Virus record (IMG/VR): IMGVR_UViG_3300031994_005355
Source: a virus
Taxonomy: Duplodnaviria > Heunggongvirae > Uroviricota > Caudoviricetes
Length of the DNA: 64,000 nt
Strand: one strand, 5' to 3'
Within the stretch, counting starts at the first letter, position 1, and every line of letters starts with the position of its first letter. The notes below the pieces were generated by a model. That model was not told the DNA's origin. It worked only from the letters and a program-made list of their open reading frames with translations, and ran no database searches. Shown piece by piece: positions 57,101 to 64,000 of the stretch. Position numbers and translations under genes: made by a program.

Positions 57101-59347
57101 GAAACAACCTACGCAGACACATATGATAAAAATAATGCTTTAGGTATGTGTATGGATGCAAACTATGCTGACGGTTCCAGGTATTATCTAAGTGAACGCA
57201 CAAATGCTTATGTAAAATCTTTAGAAAAGATTTTTGGTAGAACAGTTACTGTATATACTGGTGCTGAAGATGAAAGTTATTATGCAATGCTTGATGATAA
57301 CACGTCTGCAGTAATGTTTCAAATTCCAAGGACAACTTGGGATAAAGGTAAATTTGGTAGCTACAAATTTTGTACAGTACCTGTGAGTGAACCACTAAAT
57401 GAATTAAAGACAAATGGTAAAATAGGTGCCAGGACTGACAGATACACATTTAAGTCTGGAACTACAGAATTCGTAACTGAATTTGTTTTACAAGATATAA
57501 CAGATGCTGTTGTAACAATAGTAGTACCAGGAGTAGATAGTGTTGACGCTTTTAGGACTAATTTCAAATGTCCTTCAAGTACAAACGTACATGCACAAGC
57601 AGCTTATTATAAAATAGGTGGTGGCGGAAATAATGACGTCATGATAGATGCACAATACCTAACAAAATGTGGACTTGCAAAATCTGTAAAGAAACAGAAA
57701 GATGGCACTATACATATCGTCACACCAAGTGACATAAATGTATACCTACAACAAAGCGGTTCTACTGGTAGAGTGTTTGTTGGTGATACAGTATTCCTAC
57801 TACCTGAAACGGAACAAGCCTATATAACTGCTAATTCAACATTTATTAATACACGTGCATTAATGGGTTGGAGTAGTCAGAATGTAAGTTTAGTAGATAC
57901 AGGTGGTAAAATACAATTATTATTCAGAGGTAATAAAAAATACTATAAAAATAAAATAAAGAGTCTTGAAGTGCACAATATGGATTCATCCCATGTTGCA
58001 ATGAATTTTATAAAAGCAGCTAAAGATGATTATGGACTCTTACTTGCCTCAAGTAATCCACTTTCTAACTATTTAGTTGTTATAGATCAGACAGATAAAA
58101 CATACACAGGTACATGGAAAAGCAAAGATTATATTTTCTGGGTATTACCTAATGGTGGCACAGAGAAAGAGCCACTTGGAATTTATTCGGAAGGTGATGC
58201 ATCAGGACAGTTATCTAAACTAGGTTTAAAGACTCCAAGTTTAGATGAAGGTAAGTATAAATTGTGTTACCGTACATTAAATAAAGCAACAAGCCCAACT
58301 ACAAATAATGGTAATGTTGCTTGGATACAACAAGATGTAACTAATCTTGATGGAGTCAAATCTGCAAAGGTAATACAAGGATATGCATTTTATCCTCCTA
58401 AAGGAAGTACTTTAAAAGACATATATAAATATATGTACTCCGGCAATGCTGTGTGTCCTATTGTAGTACATAAAAAGAAATACTATAATATGTTACCTAA
58501 TGTCTTCTGTGTAGACTCTTCTGATAGTAGTTTTCTACCTTTTGGTCAAGCACCAGCATCAGTAACTAAAGCTGAGTCAGCATCATCCAATAAGGTAGCT
58601 ACATATAAATTTGATACTCACACTTGGCAAGCTCCTAGTGAGCATGATAATAGTAATACAATTGATATTGAAAAAGGACATCTCACTCCAGCACCTGTTG
58701 GAGCGTTTTCATATTTGCACGGACAACCTGATGTTCGTTATTCCAAGGTTGGAAGCAGCACGGGCAATTCAGTTTTCTGTGGAACTATGCAGGCTACCAA
58801 AGATGGTAATACTATTAAATTAGGTAACCTGGTCATCTCAAAGAAAGCTGGGACAACGAGAGTTCGTCACGGCATTACACGTGCTAATAAAAACACTATC
58901 TATTTAACACCACTTACTTCTTATAAACTAAACGGAAATGCAGGAGCAGCATCTTCCATTTTCGAAACGTTGGGTGCAGCAAATAATTTAGTAGACTGGG
59001 ATGCTTACACCTTTACGCGCTTAATAAGAAATGTAGATTCCATATCTTCAATATTCTTAATATTTATTCTTAATTTGCTTCCTAGGCTGGGTATGTTCGC
59101 ATATCTAATATTGCTATTGCTTACAACCCTCCGTGGTAATCGAATTGCAGAGATTTTCTGCGAGCGTGTTTTTGACCCTGTCAAAATTTTGACATTCAAT
59201 AAACAAACGTTTCAGACTATGGAACTTGGTCGTACAGCTATCCAGGCAACATTGGCACTTGCAATATTCCTGATGATAATGGACAACCATTTAATTAACT
59301 TTATAGTTTGGTGCTCGAAGTTCTGGATCGTTATGGGACAAAGGTAA
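54107..59347 (+). CDS. very large (1746 aa) signal-peptide protein with C-terminal TM helices
   Basis: N-terminal signal peptide ...SAPIPVHGA; acidic DGDEDDSDGGEDS linker; C-terminal hydrophobic helices. Confidence 0.6.
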   Translation: MKFKRTILGILTFLTFMSVSAPIPVHGAVLGRQSEPNGPGAELVLPSRTTTEPIEMTDSNGVKYKGNMKIEFPMYYSTLPVVTALHSVNAALAEEADVYYIPRLEDFPTDMKALVSKTTLTNGDTEAFAAVYDGWFDQEVVYNNIVGGAGRDEAVTEKGKKKDDESVARYQTSKKVYSKNENSRLFQTLGYDLILSEENAIIQKESGSLVATYVPKFARSSTFDKPLTTQTVVMDLYKALGEYQYDIKILFCEDTTLNLKTAPFNGMISQPINRDDSGGIDPRWGRAWIWCTRTNPKLYWDTIQKDRVFGGTKNVKTMHTYPGEAQSVTFNKTQQSDMTLGEFCAVARAMMELYGEPVMTEVEQLQMIQVYGFSLPTNLTQEQSDAVRYLAAKGIIDPTNVNFNKRVHFDDISELLLRIGDPSSRLTFKESGYNYNSILFKNGYVPATIEGVADIEDTAEETDLNNDPYYDYFVESIDGFSNFLLIENSEKGKRGDVVCDRIGIIDDNINNETTISINGIDYPIFVNEGITSEGYYHFKILKSKFDDSMNNSSKKITQSEIIDDLYNEVVQGIKKDVETGTGAEDPEDGDEDDSDGGEDSNTDEEVESNYLTCDRYYTTKSKVTLKGSEGFATDIQCVKGPSTPTCKIDEKNGKITITKMKSTGIYTFDVLRGTKHETLIIERTKHKNIDPSTGKVSSLFAYTAGSTDDHKKKNKINSVGNNVIFNNDNKDIVCYLDNASGIQLESGDTESVSVGSDSVTFAKNQPIVNVVLVMTMSDGSSRRVTFNGLPTKKPKTPKKSSQIKIGYLPSESGQVDKEGKPIYNAYSDAVLWLTPATVSGNSKKGKTDSSSQETVGGQDVSLKTIEADRKHSNYYTIEAGGGIYKLLVGTDPTTAEPVSTAEVNASDESINYYVARYNLDGQYLSAYKWDNKNCKVVKGTPESKPSRTDVMNNLRISALLKAIQLLEETNGISREEVIDKLCEGKEMPEKQRAQFDKMETTYADTYDKNNALGMCMDANYADGSRYYLSERTNAYVKSLEKIFGRTVTVYTGAEDESYYAMLDDNTSAVMFQIPRTTWDKGKFGSYKFCTVPVSEPLNELKTNGKIGARTDRYTFKSGTTEFVTEFVLQDITDAVVTIVVPGVDSVDAFRTNFKCPSSTNVHAQAAYYKIGGGGNNDVMIDAQYLTKCGLAKSVKKQKDGTIHIVTPSDINVYLQQSGSTGRVFVGDTVFLLPETEQAYITANSTFINTRALMGWSSQNVSLVDTGGKIQLLFRGNKKYYKNKIKSLEVHNMDSSHVAMNFIKAAKDDYGLLLASSNPLSNYLVVIDQTDKTYTGTWKSKDYIFWVLPNGGTEKEPLGIYSEGDASGQLSKLGLKTPSLDEGKYKLCYRTLNKATSPTTNNGNVAWIQQDVTNLDGVKSAKVIQGYAFYPPKGSTLKDIYKYMYSGNAVCPIVVHKKKYYNMLPNVFCVDSSDSSFLPFGQAPASVTKAESASSNKVATYKFDTHTWQAPSEHDNSNTIDIEKGHLTPAPVGAFSYLHGQPDVRYSKVGSSTGNSVFCGTMQATKDGNTIKLGNLVISKKAGTTRVRHGITRANKNTIYLTPLTSYKLNGNAGAASSIFETLGAANNLVDWDAYTFTRLIRNVDSISSIFLIFILNLLPRLGMFAYLILLLLTTLRGNRIAEIFCERVFDPVKILTFNKQTFQTMELGRTAIQATLALAIFLMIMDNHLINFIVWCSKFWIVMGQR

Positions 59348-59386
59348 CTTAAACTAACTGCAAAGATTCAATGGAGGTAATTCATA

Positions 59387-60991
59387 ATGAATTCAAAGAT
59401 TAAACGTTTTATAGTGCTAGCTTTCTTAGCAGCCACATTGACTGTGTATAATTGCTCAATAGTAGCCTGGGCTTCAGAAGGTCTTGGAGGTCTTGGAGAT
59501 ACATTGGAACAAACACAGGAAGAAGATTCTTTAGGTCTCTCTGATACTGGTCTTAAGACATCAGAGGGTGGTGATGGTGAGCTTAATGCAAACGATTATA
59601 TGCCTGGTGTAAACGGTGGTGACGCCGGTACAAACACGCCTGTAGAAGAGACTGATAACTCTGCCGTTGCAGTTAAGGATACAGGTAATGCTATCAACGA
59701 TATTCTCAATAATAAGAGATATTCTGGTGCAATGTCGAGTATCCAGAAGCTCACAAACTTTGTTGATCAATACTTTATAATTATAATCTCAATTGTAGCA
59801 TTCTTCATAATTTCTGCAGCACTACTTAAGAACGCCTGTGCAGGTGCATACTGTGCAAACTCTAAGTTCTGGGATAAGGTAGCACTTGCTCACCAGAAAT
59901 CAGATGCTTATTCACTCAGTACTCTTAAAGATTATTTTGGTCAACAGAAATTCATGCAGACCAGTCCTGCTGGAATTCGTGATTTCTTATTAGGTCTCGT
60001 TCCTAATATCAAAGCCTTCACAGATTTTGAAGATGCTGATATCGAACCTAAACAATACTTTATGCGTTCTATACCTCAGATGATAGCATGTGTTATTATC
60101 GGTATATTCATTTATAATGGTTATTATCGTGATACTGCTGCAGTTGTTGGTTCTTTCGGCGCTGAAACATTTGAGCGTATTATGACGAACGCTGACCCTG
60201 TCGCACTTGCTGACAAACTCTACAATACAACAGGACGTCCTAAGACAGCATTTGATGTTGATAAGACTAATGTTGGACAGTTTGGTAAAGAAATATCAAC
60301 TAAAGCATATTCAGCTCAGGTTACCAAGTTTAGTGACATAAATGGTGCAACTGTTAAGAGTGCTATTATGAATGATATAGTAGCAAATACTAACTCCATT
60401 ATAGAAGTAGCCCAAAAGGGTGCTGACAACTATCTCGCTACAACTAATAAAACTGCTGACGGTGCTAAGTATGGATTTAATGTTGATGTGCTTCTTGGTA
60501 CAAGTTCATTCGCTAAGGTGCAAGATGCTAATGCACAGAAGAGTGAAGGTAAGGCTGGTAATGTAACTTATCAGATTGCTAAGTACAGTGACCGTACAAT
60601 ACTTAATGCTAGCTGGGAGATGGATGATTCCAAGTGGAAAGAATGGTCCCAGAAGTATGCAACAGATAGTAATGGTGAACACACTGTTAATGTAAGTATT
60701 ACATTTACTAAGAAGAACCAGACTATTGAGAATAATGCTGATGGTATTGTAAAACTTACAATACCTAAGGACGCTTCAAAGCGTAATAAAGATGCATTCC
60801 AGAAGGCTTGTAATGATGCTAAAGTACAGTTTGTAAATACTGGTATAACATCTGATTATGGCAACAACTTACAAGGTACTGAAGTAACTTATATTGGTAC
60901 TGATAATAAGGATATTCAGAATAAAACTTTTGCTATACAAGTAACAGAAGGTGACAAGTATGCATTCTCTGATTTCAAACTTACAAAATAA
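59387..60991 (+). CDS. secreted/membrane protein (534 aa)
   Basis: Signal peptide ...IVAWA; internal TM helices. Confidence 0.55.
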   Translation: MNSKIKRFIVLAFLAATLTVYNCSIVAWASEGLGGLGDTLEQTQEEDSLGLSDTGLKTSEGGDGELNANDYMPGVNGGDAGTNTPVEETDNSAVAVKDTGNAINDILNNKRYSGAMSSIQKLTNFVDQYFIIIISIVAFFIISAALLKNACAGAYCANSKFWDKVALAHQKSDAYSLSTLKDYFGQQKFMQTSPAGIRDFLLGLVPNIKAFTDFEDADIEPKQYFMRSIPQMIACVIIGIFIYNGYYRDTAAVVGSFGAETFERIMTNADPVALADKLYNTTGRPKTAFDVDKTNVGQFGKEISTKAYSAQVTKFSDINGATVKSAIMNDIVANTNSIIEVAQKGADNYLATTNKTADGAKYGFNVDVLLGTSSFAKVQDANAQKSEGKAGNVTYQIAKYSDRTILNASWEMDDSKWKEWSQKYATDSNGEHTVNVSITFTKKNQTIENNADGIVKLTIPKDASKRNKDAFQKACNDAKVQFVNTGITSDYGNNLQGTEVTYIGTDNKDIQNKTFAIQVTEGDKYAFSDFKLTK

Positions 60992-61013
60992 GTATACGTT
61001 CTAAATAATATAC

Positions 61014-61038
61014 TGGGGCTAGGTTGAACCTAGCCCCT
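61014..61038 (+). terminator. intrinsic terminator (ggggctagg-ttgaa-cctagcccc + TTATC)
   Basis: 9-bp GC-rich stem immediately after stop. Confidence 0.5.
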
Positions 61039-61069
61039 TATCAAAGGAGGTGTTGTAATATGAAAACAT

Positions 61070-64000
61070 TCCTTAAATGGAGAAAGCTGATTAGCTTTCT
61101 GGTTCTTGCAATATATTGTGTGACATGGATGACACCTGTATATGCGGCACCAAACTCAACAGCAGACGATGCTGATAATACTACACAAATAGATTCCATA
61201 TTAATCCAAGAAACGGAAAATATAATAGGACGTTGTTCTGGATTTAATGGAACCTTTACACACATAAATTCCGTAAACAGTGAAAATACTGCTGTTATTT
61301 TTATAGGAGATCCTAGCATATCCAATGTATCAATTAGATATGACTACACTTCTTATGAAGGTTCTGGAATAACATACCTCATATGCGTACCTGACAGTAA
61401 TAATCAGGCACAATGGTTACAACCAAATTCTGATGATGCATTATTTGCATTTAAATATGTAGATAGCGATGGTGACTCACATATTGTGACGCCAGTATAT
61501 AATGACGACCATGTTTGGACTGGTGAGTACTCTATTGATGTTGAAGATGAATCCTCTTATACTGCTTTAGAGGATAGAATGTATAATCCATATGATTACT
61601 ATTACTGGAATACAGAAGGTGATTCAGAAGGTGAATTGGAAGCTAATAATGTAGTCGGTACTAAGTCATGGGTGGATGACTGGATATTTACCGGATCTTC
61701 TGGCTCTAATGTATCAGATGTAGAACTTAAGAATTTAGCAAGACAAACTGGAAATAAACTTATAAAGATATCTCATGAACGTTCTAGAAATGGTCATATA
61801 GAGCATGGTTCAACTGCTGAATATAAGTTAAAAAGTGGTGATGCAATTTCAGTAGAAGAAATTAAAATACCAAGTGAAGGTGCAGCAATTACATTAAGCA
61901 ATCACACAGTATTTTATTGGCCTAATTCTGGAAGTAATGCACATGCAAGTGATTATTCATTCTATTGTCCCTACACAGAATATTTAAATAATATGTTTGA
62001 TCCAAAAGCTGAGTTTTATAGTAGAAATCCTGCTGTAAGTATTTCATGGCAAAAGAATGATATGATGAAAGCAGGAGAAGTCTTAGAACAACATATTGAT
62101 ACAGGTGACACACCAGCTACTGATACAACTAACTTGAATGACGTAACAACTAAATATTTACATAGCATGGCTCAAGCTGCATTTGATAAAGATGGACAGG
62201 CTATTGGTAACGATGATAATGAACTAGGTCATGTTGTTAATGATATGAAATACTCTGATATGAAAAATGGTATCAATAGTGTTGATAGTTGGTCTGACTG
62301 GGAATCTTTCGGAAATAATAAAGGTATAAATAAAGGATTACTTAAGAGCGGAATACTTATGCAAGGTTCAATGTTTGATAATAGTGATTCTACCTTTATG
62401 AAAGACCTTGGTGGTGATGATAAGTATTTCGACTTCGTGAAACAAATGACAGCATCTTCACAAGATGATAAACCTCAAGTAGATCCAGGCGACCAGGATA
62501 CTATAGAAAAGATATGGAAAGATAATGCAGAAAACACTACATTAAGAGACTATGCTGCAACTATCTATCCTCGTATGTCATTTATGGTACAGTTTGTATC
62601 AGATGCTAAGTTTATTGATAACTATACTTATACTGCTGATATAAGATCATGGATAAATAATACTTCAAGAATTGATTGGGGCACTAAGACATATATGTCT
62701 CTTGATGGTACTCCTATTATGATTGATGATACATACTTTAATAATAAGTATGTAGACCTACATGATGATAATAATGGTGGTTATAAAGCTCTTGGTAGAC
62801 TTAATCGTGTAGTAGGTGAATTTGGTGCCTATGCAACTACATGGCGTGAATCAATAAAAAATAATGTAGGTGCTGATGAAATGGAAATACTACAAAATAT
62901 GAAGAAGTGTGTCGACACTTATTCAAAGTATTTCCCGGCAATCAAAACTGCATGGGAGTATGGTGATCCTTCTCTTTCTAAGTTATGTAATGGTGGTTCT
63001 GATGATATGGACGAAGAAGGTGGCGATGTTGATATAGATCACCCTCAGCCTTTAGAGACTTTCTTTACTATAAATACTTTAGGTGTGAATGTACCTGGAC
63101 TTAACGACCCATGGAAGTGGTTTAATGAAGAAGCCCAAGGTAACACACCTGTATTACTTTCTGACTATATGAAACAAGGTATTGCATATTCTGCTGGTTA
63201 TGTACCTATGATGACTAATGTCTACACTAGTGATGTAATACTGAAACAAGATGATACATTTAATCGTGAATTCCACTACAAGTATGGTTTCATGCGTAAA
63301 GCTATATACATAGATACTTCTGCTACAAGTGTGCAAACGTATTATAATACACATGGACGTAGTACAGCTGCTAAGCGTATCTGTACATTAAAGAAGTTAT
63401 TTGAGTGTGCTAAGAATGATCAAGAAGTTCTTCTCACAATAGATGATAACTTCTATAATATGGATCAGATTGAAGATGCTATTTCAAAACGTACAACAGA
63501 GCAACAAGCACGCATTGAGAATGCATATGGATATGCCTTAGCTGCACAGAATACACCACAAGGAGCAGTTAGCAGTTTTATAAGTGACCCAATAGGTACT
63601 GCTGCAGGTGCATTAGGAAAAGCAGCGAATGCTGTTGGAAATGCATTAACTGGTGGTGGCGATGCTACTGATGCAGGAGATGCTAGTAATCTTTCTGAAG
63701 TAAATGGTGAGCAGTATGGTACAGGATATGCATCATCTAGTTATACTGATGCAATAGATGCATTATATGCTGTAACTCATTTGGAAAACATACAAGCAAA
63801 TTTTGATTTACCTAAATTTATACGAGCATTATCAGACCTTAAAGGTTCCTCTCCTCAGTATTCAGAAGAAGTATTAAAAACCGGAGATTTTACTCAATAT
63901 AAAGCAGATGTACGTAACTCTGTAAACTATCCAGATACTGACCAATTAAAGGGTGGTAATTATGTTGATGCAAATTCACCTTTCTTTGACGAAAACAATC
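61070..64000 (+). CDS. large secreted protein, 3-prime partial (>976 aa, runs off window end)
   Basis: ATG 61070 after AAAGGAGGTG; signal peptide ...PVYAAP; frame open to end of window by manual translation. Confidence 0.5.

Noticed and set aside
1-64000. CRISPR array
   Set aside because: No series of regularly spaced identical direct repeats was seen anywhere. The repeat-rich island at 40860-41500 has irregular 6-nt motifs, not 25-40 bp repeats with unique spacers.
1-64000. Alternative genetic code (stop-codon reassignment as in some megaphages)
   Set aside because: TAA, TGA and TAG are all used as terminators (TAG at 54096-54098, for example). Predicted genes are tightly packed, and no suppressor-type tRNA was found (the tRNAs are Leu-TAA, Leu-TAG and Gln-TTG).
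1-64000. Prophage attachment sites at the tRNA or tmRNA genes
   Set aside because: No integrase or recombinase gene was found in the window, and no duplicated tRNA 3-prime fragment was found that would mark attL/attR.

Overview
This 64-kb window appears to be an AT-rich, accessory-gene-dense segment of a large phage or phage-like mobile element from a low-GC, Shine-Dalgarno-using (Firmicutes-type) host. About 100 genes tile the + strand, most of them short and preceded by strong AAAGGAGG-type ribosome binding sites (RBS). The minus-strand ORFs in the track all look spurious. No capsid, terminase, integrase or DNA-polymerase genes were recognised. Recognisable content: (i) two IS200/IS605-family insertion sequences, one complete (tnpA plus tnpB, 1362-3672) and one TnpB-only (10423-12237), both with conserved subterminal hairpins and roughly 190-nt tnpB-distal regions that would encode the omega RNA. 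(ii) Three canonical tRNAs: Leu-TAA, Gln-TTG and Leu-TAG. (iii) A tmRNA (ssrA) at about 33432-33810. (iv) Two paralogous non-canonical tRNA-like RNAs (X1, X2) with covarying acceptor stems; X2 sits 4 nt upstream of the tmRNA. (v) A free-standing reverse transcriptase (RT motifs 1-7, YSDD) lying between tRNA-Gln and tRNA-Leu, followed by a 672-aa partner and preceded by an RNase H-domain gene. (vi) A FloT/YuaG-type flotillin, a PilZ-domain protein, a GNAT acetyltransferase, a secreted SGNH/GDSL hydrolase, an HNH endonuclease, an Endo IV-like TIM-barrel protein, and two nucleotidyltransferase-fold proteins with translationally coupled partners (toxin-antitoxin-like). (vii) A three-member protein family sharing a roughly 65-aa N-terminal module fused to different C-terminal domains (unknown, AAA+ ATPase, RT partner). 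(viii) A 640-bp C-poor noncoding island packed with ATGG(T/C)A short repeats. (ix) A hairpin motif with a conserved 13-nt loop present twice, with compensatory stem changes. (x) Many paralog pairs and tandem duplications, and a 3'-terminal cluster of very large signal-peptide proteins. Coordinates of features taken from my own reading (RNAs, small ORFs, hairpins) may be off by a few nt.
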